The notes under the pieces: model-generated | Database searches by the model: none | The model's input: only the letters and a program-made list of their open reading frames with translations | Told to the model about the DNA's origin: nothing | Shown here: piece by piece, positions 12,931-25,000 of the stretch | How the letters are laid out: the number at the start of each line of letters is the position of its first letter | Numbering within the stretch: the stretch's first letter is position 1 | Program-made: the position numbers and the translations under genes | Assembly (NCBI GenBank): GCA_977017575.1 | Contig: CDRNVI010000184.1 | Span: 114,796-178,795, forward strand | DNA from: Paramoeba atlantica | Lineage: Eukaryota; Protista; Discosea | DNA: 64,000 nt | Reading direction: 5' to 3'

Positions 12931-13239
12931 TAACTAACAGAAAAAGAAAAAAAAAAAAGAAAATGAAAAGAAAGAAAAAGAAAAGAGAAAAAAAAAGAAA
13001 AAAGAAAGAGGAAAAGGAGAAAAAAGAAAGAAAAAGAAAAAGAGAAAAAGAAAAGAGGGAGAAAAAAAAGGAGAAAAAAAAGGAGAAAAAAAAAGAAAAA
13101 AGAAAAAAGAAAAGAAAAAGAAAAAGAAAAAAAAGAAAAAGAGAAAGAGAAAAAGAAAAGAAGAAAAAGAAAAAAAGAAAAAGAACCAACAAAAAGATAG
13201 AGACTTTTGTGGTGTGTGCAGGGGAGGGGGGGAGGTTGT

Positions 13240-13650
13240 GTGTTACTCTCAAGAACATCAATATGATCTGCCAGTTTCTCATCACACTCTTCCTGAGCAT
13301 TTCAATCTTCTTCTCTCTCTTCTTCTGTTGTTCCTTTGAGGCTTTTCTTGGAGTTCTCAGAAACTGAATCAACATCATCAGTATTCTTCTCATCACCCAC
13401 TTTCTCTTCATCATCATCCACTCGATTTTCGATCTCCTGATGACTCTTCACTGCTGTCACCATCTTGTTTGCTCTTTTTTGGGAGGAGAAATAAAGCATC
13501 TTCTCCAAGTCTTGGTCACGTTTCACAAAGACAACACATCACACTCATCATTGAGATAGAACACTTGAGAACTACAGTCAAAAGTTCCATACACATCCTG
13601 GATGTTCCTTCAGAGGCTTTGAAAATCTTTGAGCTTGAACAAAACAATCC
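13240..13650 (-). pseudogene. PB1-like/coiled-coil gene, copy A (partial, many indels)
   Basis: Reverse complement encodes pieces such as SHQEIENRVDDDEEKVG and YLNDEC.VVFVKRDQDL; homologous to 29893-30852 and 48927-49956. Confidence 0.85.
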
Positions 13651-14315
13651 CACAAACAAACAAAAAACAAAATCACCGAAAAGACACCACCACAAAAAAC
13701 AAAACTTAGACTGGAAAAAAAGAAGGGTGGTTTTGGGGAGGGGTGGTTCAATTCCCACAAAATTTTCCTTTTTTTTTTGACTTTTTTTTTGTTCAGTGAA
13801 AGCATTGATTGGGGTTTGGTTTGGGCGGGTTTGGTTTTTTTTTCGAAGTGAGGGGTTGGTTGTGGAGAGTTGTCTTCGAAAAATGAGAAACACTCAATGC
13901 AAGATGAATCTCCTTTCTGTGTCTCAAATATGTGTAAAACTTGGGATGCGCATCTTGTTGTTCTGGATTCTGAGCAAATTCGTGTGTGATGAAAAAGAAG
14001 AGGATCAAGTTGAGTGATTCTCAGGCAGCAATTTTGAGCGATCCTCAATGCAATTGGATTATTATTATTTGGCTTTGCCCCAACGCACCAATAGACACTT
14101 CACTGAACTGAGCCAACTTTTTCCAAAAAACACAGGTTTCTTCATCCCCCTCCTTGACTTGACCCAACACACACACACACACACAAAAAAACTCAAAACA
14201 AAACACAAAAAACACAAAAAATAAAAACCAATCAAAAACAATCAAAAACAACCAAACCAAAACAAAACAAAGTAATCCCTTCTTGTATGATTGATCGATA
14301 AATACAACTACTACT

Positions 14316-14783
14316 ATGGCTTCTGTGGTTCAATTTTCTGATGAATGTATCCTCTCTATTGCTCGGTCTGTCAAATCTGGGAAGTCAAAAGGGGTGTATC
14401 TTCTTGATCAATGACATGGAAAATGTCGAACTGAATTATTATGATTTATCAAAAAGTGGGGATGTGGTGGATGGATGAACAGAAAATGGACTGAATTCAC
14501 AACTCATCTCCCAAGAGACAAATGTGCATATGAATTGACTCACATCAAAAATACATCTCTCCTTCTGATCACACGTGAAAGGAGTAAATTAGTATTTGTG
14601 ATGTGGGCACCATACAAGAGCTAAAATCAAAAGAAAAGATGGTTGTTTTTTTTACTACAAATGGAATTGTTGGAAAGATTGGAGAAGGTGGAATTTCTTG
14701 TTAACTTCAGGGTGGTTCAGTTGCATCTGTTGATTATGATGAAAGTTTTGGAACATGCATTGGCACAATCTACAATGAAGTGA
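14316..14783 (+). pseudogene. ADF/cofilin pseudogene, frameshifted and CpG-decayed copy of 47874-48326
   Basis: Colinear from ATGGCTTCTGTGGTTCAA to AAGTGA; several 1-2 nt insertions; 10 of the 11 CpGs of the intact copy are mutated. Confidence 0.95.
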
Positions 14784-14912
14784 GAAAAAAGAAAGAGGAA
14801 ATAACCCCTAATAAAAATTTAGTTCACTAAAAGTGTGCAAAAAGTTGCTGTTTTTTTAGTTTTTCTTTGTTGTTTGCCTCACATTTCATTGGTATTTTTT
14901 TGTTGGTATTTT

Positions 14913-14962
14913 ATCATTCTCTCTGGGTACTAATTTGAAAATTTGTACCCAGAGAATATGAA
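14913..14962. repeat. ~50-bp palindrome family, copy P2
   Basis: TCATTCTCTCTGGGTAC-TAATTTGAAAATTT-GTACCCAGAGAATATGAA. Confidence 0.85.
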
Positions 14963-15038
14963 TTTTACTCAAACTAAGAAACCAAATTAGACCATTGATG
15001 TCTCCTTCAAAAAGAAAAAAGAGAATGTTTTTTTGGTA

Positions 15039-15078
15039 CTGGGATTGGGATGCTTTCAACTGGGTATGACATACTTTC
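15039..15078 (-). pseudogene. 5S rRNA 5' remnant
   Basis: GGGATTGGGATGCTTTCAACTGGGTATGAC matches GGGATCGGGTGCTTTCAACTGGGTATGAC of the intact 5S genes. Confidence 0.75.
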
Positions 15079-15326
15079 CTTTCCTTTTTTCTTTTTTAAG
15101 AAGTGAAAAAAATGAGAAGAAATCAACAAAGAAGAAAACCACAAAATCAAAACCAATTGAGACTCTTTAAGGCAAACCTCCAGAATTCCAGCAAAAAGGG
15201 AAAACCAAAAGAAATCGTGGTTCCACTTGCATTTTTGTTTTTTGGGGAGGGAAAGTGTTTTTTTCGGGGTCTGTTGTAAAAATGACAAAGCATTAACCCA
15301 ATAATGGCAATACATAAATAAATTGA

Positions 15327-15714
15327 AAGAATTTTTTAAAAGTGGACACTTATTTTCCAGGGCCCCTTTGAATGATCCCTCTCTTTGGTTAGTTTTTCGA
15401 AGAATGAAGTCTCGAAAACATTTTTTTTCAAAGGATTATGTTTCGAAACCATTTTTTTTCAAAGAATCATGTTTCGAAAGGTGATTCTTGGAAAAAAATG
15501 ATTTTGAAACATGATTCTTCGAAAAAAAATGGTTTCGAAACATAATTCTTTGAAAAAAAATGTTTTCGAGACTTGATTCTTTGAAAAAAAATTTTCAAGA
15601 CTTGATTTTTTGAAAAAAAATGATTTCGAAACTTCATTCTTCGAAAAACTAACCAAAGAGAGGGACCATTCAAAGGGGCCCTGGAAAATAAGCGTCCACT
15701 TTAAAAAAAATTCT
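15327..15714. mobile_element. Foldback-type palindromic element with long terminal inverted repeats and internal ~29-bp subrepeats
   Basis: Left arm AAAGTGGACACTTATTTTCCAGGGCCCCTTTGAATGATCCCTCTCTTTGGTTAGTTTTTCGAAGAATGAAG is the near-exact reverse complement of 15628-15703; TTCGAAAC..GATTCTT.GAAAAAAAATG units repeat inside. Confidence 0.85.
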
Positions 15715-15716
15715 TG

Positions 15717-15974
15717 CACTACAGGGAAAACGCCCCAAAGATGTTTCAAATATGGTGTCGACAGCCCCTATTCTTTGGACAATTTATTTGATTTGGGAGG
15801 AAAACCCGTTTTCCTCCATTTTTGAAAGAAAAATCCAGTTCAGTTTGAAAAAATTCAAACGGAAAGAAGAGAGCAAAATCACAGGTTTCAGAAATCAAAT
15901 AAATTGTCCAAAGAATAGGGGCTGTCGACACCAAGGGCTATTTGAAACATCTTTGGGGCATTTTCCCCATAGTG
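15717..15974. mobile_element. Non-autonomous CACTA-type (En/Spm-like) MITE, 258 bp
   Basis: TIRs of ~75-80 bp begin CACTACAGGGAAAACG and CACTATGGGGAAAATG (both derivable from CACTACGGGGAAAACG by CpG decay). No clean TSD (TTG/TAT). Confidence 0.7.
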
Positions 15975-18029
15975 TATATTGCATGATGAAAAAAAGAGAA
16001 AAAAGGGAATGAAAGAAAAAACAAAAAACAAAAACAAGAGAAAAAGAGAGAGAAAGAGAAAAAGAAGGGGAAAAGAGAAAAAAACATGATACTAAAATAT
16101 CAAAGAAATAAAGGGAAAAGAAAAAAGAAAAAGAAAACCAACCTCTATTAACACTTTTCTTTCTGGCAAACAAACTCTAGTTTCTAGGATACCACCATAT
16201 TCTTGGGTTCTCTTTTGGGTTGTCTTGTCTGGATTGGCTTGAATTGTCCTGAACAACCAACCAACAACCCAACAACCGACTGACAACCAACAACAAGCTC
16301 TCAAAAAACACTTCTCTTGGCTCTTTTGAAACAATCAATAACATCCAGCAATAACAATAGCAACAACAATCAAAACAATCACATTTATACCAAAATAAAA
16401 CCTGAACACTACACAGTGAAGAAACGAAACACCAAAAGTTTACAACTCAAAACTCTAAGAAGAAGGTTTGTAAGTGAAGAAGAAAACAAAATAAAAACAA
16501 AATACAAAAACACAAAAACAAACAATTAAACTACTTGACAAAAACACCAAAACAACAAAATAACAAAATAAAGAGGGGAAAAAAAGAAACCTGTGGTGAT
16601 GTAACAAGAGTGGCAAACTCCCTCTCCTTGTGAATTGTTGGGTGGGAATAGACTCCACTTCTGAGTTCAAGCAAAATTCACGGTACCTCTTAATATATTA
16701 ATTAATTCATCATCGCCAAGAAGAAGGAGGTTAAAAGAAGTCAAAAAATAGTCATATTCTCCAAATTTCTTGCCAAACTTAACCCCCTTCTTTCTCTTCT
16801 TTCCGCAATGGAGTGGAGCACGAAACAAAACGGAGGTCTCTGAACATGCAGCCAGATTATTTTAATATCTCATCAGGGACCATCTCGAGAGGTTAGAGAA
16901 AGAAAAGAAAAAAAAATTAGTATTCACAATTTTTGAAGAACACCATCAAAAGGGAGAAAAAGAAAAAGAAGAAAAAGAAAAGTAGAAAGAAAAGAATAAA
17001 AGAATAAAAAAGAGTAAAGAGAAAAAAAGAAATCTTGAATGGTCTTTTCCACATTTCCCCTGAAAAGAGTTTATCAATAGAAAGAAAAAAAGAAAAGGAA
17101 AAAGAAAGAGGGAAAGAGGGAAAGAGAAAAGAAAACCCACTCAAAAAACAACAAAAATGAAACAAGGGGAAAAGAAAAAAAAAAAACACAGCAAACACAA
17201 TGATAAATTGGCCACAAAAGAAAAGAATGTTAACATTGTGTGCGCAAAACCACCATCAAAAAAAGTTCTTCTTTTTTCTCATGTTCAATGAAAAAAGCAA
17301 CACACAACAAGATTCACCAATATCTCTCACCAATGTAATAGTGATCCATCAACAAAGATTCTTTTGTTCTGAATCAAAGAGCATAACCAAAGGTCAAAAA
17401 CAACTCTCGATTTAGTCTCTCACCACAATCTAAAAAAGAAAGAAAAGAAATAAGAAAAGAAAAGAAAGAAAGTAAGAAGAAGAAAATTAGAGAAATATAA
17501 GAAAAAAACAAACACCCCACGATTTTTGAAGATTTTGCTGAATTCTTTGTACCCCACACAAAAGAGAGAGAGAGAGAGAGTTGGCGATTTTGTTTTTTGA
17601 ACAAAAGGTCCCTGAAGAACATTTCTTCTTTTTTGGAGAGAAAAAAAAAAAAGAGAGAAAAAAAAAGGACTGAGAGAAGAAAGAGGAACCAAAAAACAGC
17701 GGCCAAATGATGAACCCCTATTTCGGGTCCGAAAACCTCTATCTTCTTTTTTTCTCCTGTCTTTTCCTCTTTTCTTTTCCCTCTTTTCCCTCTTTTCCCT
17801 CTTTTCCCTCTTTTTCTTTCTTCTTTTTTTTGTCCCTGAGTACATTTTCTTCTTTTTTGGATGTTTTTTTTTTAAGGTTCAGACACCAGGTGCCATTTAT
17901 TAGAGTTAAAAAAACCATCTCTAGGATGGAAAAGAGGGGGGAAGAAAGGGGGGAGGGAGGGAAGATAAATTAAGAGTTAGATCCAAAGATCTCTTCAGCA
18001 TGGGATGCATTGGAGTTTCTTTACCAACT

Positions 18030-18779
18030 TTAGTTCTCACTAAGGGGTCTGCGTTTGATTGTTCGCCTTCTAAAACCAGGGAGTGAATTCGGTTTGGAGG
18101 TTTCTATGAAGTTAATTACATTCCTTCGAAAATCTTCCTCGATAAAGCTCCTCACCAGATTGCTCTCTTGGGACTGATGGAACCATCCTTGGATATCTTT
18201 AGTAATTATTACAGGGAGAATTAGAGCATTCTCAAGAGCAGTTTGGGCCGGAAACAAAACATGGGGGGTTGTCACCATGTTTCCTTGGAATTTCCTTACA
18301 AAATTCCCTGGAGGGATGGGGAAAGTCCAGTCACGGGTGAGGGGGGAATTGATCCAGTTCCATAGGGTTGAATTCAAAATAATCCACTCTTCACTGGTTT
18401 CTGCAACATGTTGTGATCTTGGATCCCAATGATGGTCATTCACAGCACATGTTCCATCCTCTTTAGACCAACTTGCAGCAGTTGCAATTGCATCAGCTCG
18501 CTTGTTAAGATCTCGGGGTACATGGATGAATTCTATCTTGTCAAAGCACATTGCTAACTTACAGATTTCACAAAGTAGTTCATTCAAGGCATAGTTTTTG
18601 ATGGCATGGGTTTTGGGTGCAGCCTTGGTGAGAATCATACAATCCCCGACAACTTCAATCTCATTTGTCATTGATCTGGCACATTGCATTCCTTTCAGAC
18701 AGCCTGTAAATTCACCAATATTGTTGGACCCAAGAGGGATGTCTTTTTTGGATGTTCCAAATTTTTGGATCCAGCGTCT
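18030..18779 (-). pseudogene. 5'-truncated RNase HI-like (RVT_3-type) open frame, retroelement-derived or host
   Basis: LGSNNIGEFTGCLKG...VVGDCMIL...IEFIHVPRDLNKRADAIA matches the TNNxAEY / GDS / HVPRxxNxxAD motifs; the first catalytic Asp segment is absent. Confidence 0.7.
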
Positions 18780-19436
18780 TTTCTCTCTTTTTTTTTTTTC
18801 TCTCTCTGTTTTTTCGCTACTTTCCCCCCTTCTCTCTTTCTCTCTTTCTCTCTTTCTCTCTTTCTCTCTTTCTCTCTTTCTCTTTTTTACTTTTCCCTTC
18901 CTTTCCTTTCCTTTCCTTTCCTTTCTGTGGGGTGGTTGGTTTCCTTTTCTTTTCTTTTCTTTTCTCTTTTTTTTTTCTCTTTTTTTTTTCTCTTTTTTTT
19001 TTCTCTTTTCTTTTTCTTTTTCTTTTTCTTTTTCTTTAATCTTTTTTTTTAATTCTTTCTTTTTTAAAAAGAAAAAACCTTTGAAATAATACTTTTTTTC
19101 TTTTATTCCCTTTCCTTTTTCTCTCTTTCTTTTCTCTTTCCTTTTCTTCTTCTTCTCTCTTTCTCATTCTCTCATTCCTCATTTTCTCCTTCTCTTCTCT
19201 CTCTTTCTCTCTTCTCTCTCTTTCTCTCCTCTCCTCTTTCTCTCTCTCTTTCTCTTTCTCTTTCTCTTCTGCTTTCTCTTCCGCTTTCTCTTCCACTTTC
19301 TCTTCCACTTTCTCTTCCACTTTCTCTTCCACTTTCTCTTTCTCTCTCTCTCTTCTCTCTTCTCTCTCTTCTCTCTCTTCTCTCTTCTCTCTTCTCTCTT
19401 CTCTCTTCTCTCTTTCTCTTCTATTTGTTAAAAAAG

Positions 19437-21348
19437 GCTTTTGGTGGACAACTATCTCAGTGGGACAATCCCAACCGAAATTGGAGTTCTTTCTTCTCTT
19501 TATTTGTTTCTTTTTCTTTTTTTTCTTTTTTTTCTTTTTTTTCTTTTTTCTTTTTTCTTTTTCTTTTTCTTTTTCTTTTTCTTTTTCTTTTTCTTTTTCT
19601 TTTTCTTTTTCTTTTTCTTTCTTTTCTCTTTTCTCTTTTTTCTTTTCTTTTAACTTTTAACTTTTTCTTTCTTCTTTCTCTCCCCTTTTCTCTCTCTTCC
19701 CTCCTTTTCTCTCTCCCTCCCTTCCTTTTCTCTCTCTCTCCCCTTTTCTCTCCCTCTCTCCCTCTCTCTCTTCTCTCTCTTCTCTTTCTAGAGATCTTTC
19801 TGACAATACTTTGAGAGGGACTGTTCCATCAAAAATTGAAAATCTTCATCATGTCCAAATCATGTTTTTTTATTTTTTATTTTTTATTTTTTATTTTTTA
19901 TTTTTTATTTTTTATTTTTTATTTTTTATTTTTTATTTTTTATTTTTTATTTTTTATTTTTTATTTTTTATTTTTTATTTTTTATTTTTTATTTTTTATT
20001 TTTATTTTTATTTTTATTTATTTTTATTTTTATTTTTATTTTTCTTTTTATTTTATTTTTTTTCTTTCTTTTATTATTCTTTTAATAATTTTATCATTTT
20101 CTCTCTTTTCTTTCTTTTTCTTTTCTTTCTTTTCCTTTCCTTTCTTTTTCTCTTCTCTTCTCTTCTCTTCTTCTCTTCTCTTCTTCTCTTTTCTTTTCTT
20201 TTCTTCTCTTCTCTTTTCTTTTCTTTTTTCTCTTTTCTTTTCTTTTCTTCTCTTCTCTTCTCTTTTCTTTCTTTCTTTTCCAAAAGGTTTTTAGGAGTCA
20301 ATCGACTGAAAGGAGAAAAAATCTTGGACAAAATTTCAAAACTTCATTCTTTAACTGATTTGTAATTTTTTCTTTTTTTTTTTTTTTCTTTTTTTTTTCT
20401 TTTTCTTTTTTTCTTTTTCTTTTTTTCTTTTTCTTTTTTTCTTTTTTTCTTTTTTTCTTTTTATCTTTTTTCTTTTTTCTTTTTTCTTTTTCTTTCTTTT
20501 TTTTCTTTCTTTTTTCTTTTTTCTTTTTTCTTTTTTCTTTATTTCTTTCTTTCTTTCTTTCTTTCTTTCTTTCCCATTTTTCTTTCATTTTCTTTCTTTC
20601 TTTCATTTCTTTTCATTTCTTTCATTTTTATTGAAATTATTTTTGATTTTATCAGATCACTGGGAGGGAATTTCTTTTCAGGGACAATGCCTGTTGAATT
20701 TGCACAACTCTTTGATCTCCTTCAAATGTTTTTCTTTTCTTTTTCTTTTTTTTTTTTCTTTCTTTCTTTCTTTCTTTCTTTCTTTTTTTTTCTTTTTTTT
20801 CTTCGGATTATTTTTTGAATAAATTATTCTGTTCTGATGATTTTTTTCTTTTCTTTCTTTCTCTCACTTTTCTCTCTCACTTTTCTCTCTCTTTCTTTTT
20901 CTTTTCTCTCTCTCTCTCTCTCTCTCTCCTCTCTCCTCTCTCCCTCTCCTTTTCATAATATTATTAGACATTGTTTCTAATAACTTCACAGGGTCTTTGC
21001 CTACTGAATTTGGACAACTTTCATTTGACTTGGATGTTTTTTTATTTTTATTTATTTTTATTTATTTTATTTATTTTATTTATTTTATTTATTTTATTTA
21101 TTTTATTTATTTTATTTATTTTATTATTTTTTTATTATTTTTATTATTTTTATTATTTTATTATTTTTATTCTTTTTTTATTCTTTTTTTATTCTTTTTT
21201 TATTCTTTTTCTTTTTCTTTTTTTCCTTTTTAACTCTTATTTCTTTTCTTTCCCTCTTCTTTCTTTCTCTTTGTAGGTATTTCAGTAAGAATTCATTCAC
21301 AAGACCACTTCCAACTGAAATAGGACAACTTACGAATCTTGTTCAAAT
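19437..21348 (+). pseudogene. Plant-type LRR gene, copy 1, one repeat per exon (exons 19437-19505, 19792-19863, 20287-20361, 20656-20727, ~20968-21035, 21277-21348)
   Basis: AG/GT-bounded 69-75 nt exons: LVDNYLSGTIPTEIGVLSSL, DLSDNTLRGTVPSKIENL, LGVNRLKGEKILDKISKL, LGGNFFSGTMPVEFAQL, FSKNSFTRPLPTEIGQLTNL. Exon 5 is frameshifted. Confidence 0.85.
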
Positions 21349-21812
21349 GTATTTTTTTCTTTTTTTCTTTTTTTCTTTTTTTTTTTTTTTCTTTTTTTTT
21401 TTCCTTTTTCCTTTTTCCATTTTCTTTTTCTTTTTCTTTTTCGTTCTCTTTTTCTTTCCACCAATCCAAGATCAAAAACCTTTATTTTGTTGGGTGTTTT
21501 GTGGTGATGTGTTTTTTTCTTTTCTTTGTTTTCTTTGTTTTTCTTTGTTTTTCTTTGTTTTTCTTTGTTTTTTTTTGAATTGGAAAACTAATTTTTCTTT
21601 CTTTTCTTTTTTCTTTTTCTGTTAGATGATAATATAATCAAAAATCAAGAAAAACAGAACAATTGAAGGGATTTTTGTGGTGATGTTTTGGAGTTTTATG
21701 AACAAATTAAAGAGTTCTTTTGATTTGTTCAAACAACTCTTTTTTCTTCTTTGATATTTTTAAGCTATTTGACCCCTCAAGACTGAATGTCCCAGAAGAT
21801 GATCCAATTCTC

Positions 21813-21847
<35 letters not shown>

Positions 21848-22044
21848 TCGGGGAGTTAGGGAATCAAGGAGACTTGAGATCCCACCAAACAAGGTTCTTT
21901 TTTTTATTCTTTTTTTTCTTCTTTTTTCTTTGTTTTTTTCTTTTTTTTTTCCTTTGTTTTTCTCCTTTTCCTTTGTTTTTTCTTTTTTCCTCTTTTCTTT
22001 CTTTTTCCTTTTCTCTTTTTTTTCTTTGTTCCTTTTCTCTTGTT

Positions 22045-22600
22045 TAATCTCCATTTCCCTCTTTCTTTCTTTGATACAACAAAGGCTGGAGATACCACTG
22101 TTGGTGAAGTCTCCTCTTCTACTGTGAATCCTAACTCCTCCTGTTTCTTTACATACTTCTTGAGTACTTTCTCCAGCCTCCTTCTCGCATTATTATCCCC
22201 TTGATTATCCTTGGTTTTGGTCTCTTCCCCTTTTGAAGTAGAGTTTCTTGAGCCAACTCCAAACTTCCTTTGTTCTCTTCTTCCTCTGAACTTATTGGGC
22301 CAATTCAACATTCAAATAGATTGTTGGCTGCTTCATGAACTGTCCAAAAAGTGGCTTGACAAAAGGTCTCAAATCCAGACCCTCAGCATCCCCCCGAGGA
22401 TCTCGGTGACCCCCCTCATCAGGAGTGAGCAACATTGTCAATTCATGGAAATTTTCGGCCTTCTGGCCAGCTGAGCTGATTGGCATTACGAATTTCTCTG
22501 GTCTGCTCTTGGGTTCATATTTCTTTGTCACTTTCTTTGGAATCTCCTTGAACCTCATTCAATGACATCCACCTCACCTCTGAGATCCTTGAATTTCCTA
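22045..22600 (-). mobile_element. Retrotransposon pol fragment ending at the RT N-terminal motif
   Basis: QEELGFTVEEETSPTVVSPAFVVSKKERGKWRL resembles the GxI..SP..SP.F.V.KK...KWR motif; it is truncated immediately after. Confidence 0.6.
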
Positions 22601-23849
22601 AAGTTGGTGTTAGAGAATTGTTTTCTTCTGTTCTGTTGATAGGATCAAAGATTTCTCCTAAATCAAATTTCACTTTCTCATCCTTTCCATTCTCATATGT
22701 GTCTCTCTTCTATTTCCTTCTCAAGTCCGGCTGTGCTTACACGAATTTGACCATGGCGAGACATGATGAGGCATGAGAGTGCTTTTTATGTGCGGAAAGT
22801 GCTCAGTCTTTCGATGCAAGGATATCTTTTGAGATATTGCATTCCTTCTAATGATGTGTGCGCTTTTTGTCCATTTTGCCCCCTCATCCACTTCTTGTCT
22901 TGCCTCTTTGCTTTCTTTTCCTCTGGTTTAAAGATATGTCAGATCATGCAAGATGAATTTGTGGATGCAGGATCGAAAATTCAGATGGCCAAACTGAAGT
23001 GATTGATTATCTTTGCGACAATACCAAATGTACCTCTCTGATCTATTACAGTGTTGGAGTGAAACCTGCCTCCAACACATTAGTGGTGCTTTCCAGAGCT
23101 TTTAGAGCTTTCCTGAGCTTCTCTGAGCTTCCCTGAGTTTCTTTGAGCCTTCCCAGAGCTTCTCTGGATGCCTTTGTGTCATGGGTTTTGGCCTTCCTGA
23201 TGAGCCAGGAGCTTCACAGACAGCCTGTGCACCAGTTTGGTGTTTTAGCCAAAATCACAAGTTTTTTAGTGCTCTTTTTATTTGCTTTCATGTTTTGTTT
23301 TCACACTGTTTTCTCTGATTTCATTTTGGCTTGGTCTTGTGTGTTGGTTGGGGTCATTCCTATAAAGGTTTTGGTCCAGAGTTTAGTTTCTTTCCTTTTT
23401 CTCTCCTTTTTCCTGTGTCTTCATCGTGAGTGTGGTTCCCCCCACAACAGTCCAAAGAGTGTAAAGTCTTTTGTGGTGCAAATATATGTGTGGTTCGCTT
23501 CTGCTCAAATTCAGAGAAGAAGTGCTCTCATCGAAGCATGTACTTGTGTGTGGTGATAGATCTAAAAGCTTGTGGCAATATTTCGAAAGTGCCCAAAGAG
23601 AATTTTTCTTCAGAAGAGGAAGTCACTCAAAAGAGAGTTGATGAGGTTGAGAGAGAGACAAAGGTTATGACTCAGCTCGTTACCAAGATTATGAACATGA
23701 TTTTGTTTGTGGTCATGACCATTATTATGACTGTGGGGTGACGGATATAAAGATCATTAGAGTGATCGGAATTATCATGGGGAATGGACTGAAATTATGA
23801 CTTTGGTAATGTTTAATGATTGTAGGAGAGACCAGGGTGTAAAGGAATG

Positions 23850-25000
23850 GAGATTGGGATAGGAATAGCACCTGGGGTTCCAGGTGTTTCAAAGTTTGGG
23901 TTGTGAGGGGATGTGTTTGGAAAGGACGAAGAGAGTGGCAATGATGAAAAGGGGGTGTTGAAAGTGATACAATGATGATGTTTGAGGAGTCTATTTTGAT
24001 TTGTATGGACACTCTGATGTAGTTGATAACATGTTAGAATGAGCTTTGGTGAACCTGGGTATTTGGGGATAAAACCAAAATCGTTTTGTTTATTCTCCCC
24101 AGAGGAAAAGAAATACATTTTTAATGGTAATCAGGATGTTTTCTTCTTTTCTTTTGATGTATCAAATCTCTTCTCACTCATTTGTTATTCTAGACCTAAT
24201 GAGTTTGGTAACACCAACAATCTATCAATGGGTGAAGAGAAATGGCGAATGACAAAGCACATTGGCTTGTATTTGGCTCGACCTTTTCTCTGGTCATATC
24301 ACTACAAGCCCCTCTGGGGATTCAAGATTCAGTCATGAGAAGGATAACAACGCTTTTTTATTGAAACTATGCAAGAGGGACCATGAGGAGGTTGACTTTT
24401 GTTCAGTATTTTACATTGATGATTTTGTCTATACAGCTATCGATGAGGAAGAGTTTATTGTGGGGATAGCAAAGTGTTGCATTTTTGAGAGATGATTGGA
24501 TCTATTTCGTACATTGGGTTAACAACAGGATTGTGTTTCTCTTTTTTGAGGAGATGTTATTGTGGTTTGCTGTCAAGAAGTTAGAGGTCACTACAGAAGT
24601 TATTTTTTCTGATCTGGTTTCTGTTTTGATACATTCCTGTATTCCCTGGAGTCCTCACTGGAATATTCAATGCTTTTCAGAGGTTCTAACAATATTAAGA
24701 GGTTTATTTATTTTTACTGATTCTCAAAATTTGTTTGGCAGATATGGTATATTGTATGGTGAAGTCATCGAATTTTCCTGAGAAACTCTGTCATCGCAGA
24801 GATATGTGGAATTGTATGTTCTTAAGAAAACAATTGGTTTTGGCTGGAATTTGTTTGGATCTGTTTTTCACTCTGCAAGCAAACTCCCCCTGTTTGGAGT
24901 AAGTGATGGTATTTGTTTTGGTATGGCTGATTTTTCTTGCAGAGCTGGCTCTTGAGAAGTTTGGGGACACAGTGCTTTCTAAAAGCACAACAGAAGGATT
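23850..25000 (+). mobile_element. Degenerate, internally deleted RT-RNase H remnant (gypsy-like)
   Basis: EEKWRM at 24234, WLDLFSG at ~24273, FYIDDF at ~24409, LDLFRTLG, FTDSQNL at ~24712, ADFSCR at ~24930. Motif spacings are shorter than normal. Confidence 0.6.

Noticed and set aside
15717-15974. Transib/RSS-like element (CACTATG end)
   Set aside because: The two ends reconcile to CACTACG by CpG decay, and no 5-bp TSD is present.
16790-17620. Possible minus-strand multi-exon pseudogene with an F-box-like start (MVPDEILK...)
   Set aside because: It needs several frameshifts and the similarity is too short to support a call.
22740-23560. Possible gag belonging to the minus-strand pol fragment
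   Set aside because: No zinc knuckle or other motif could be read reliably.
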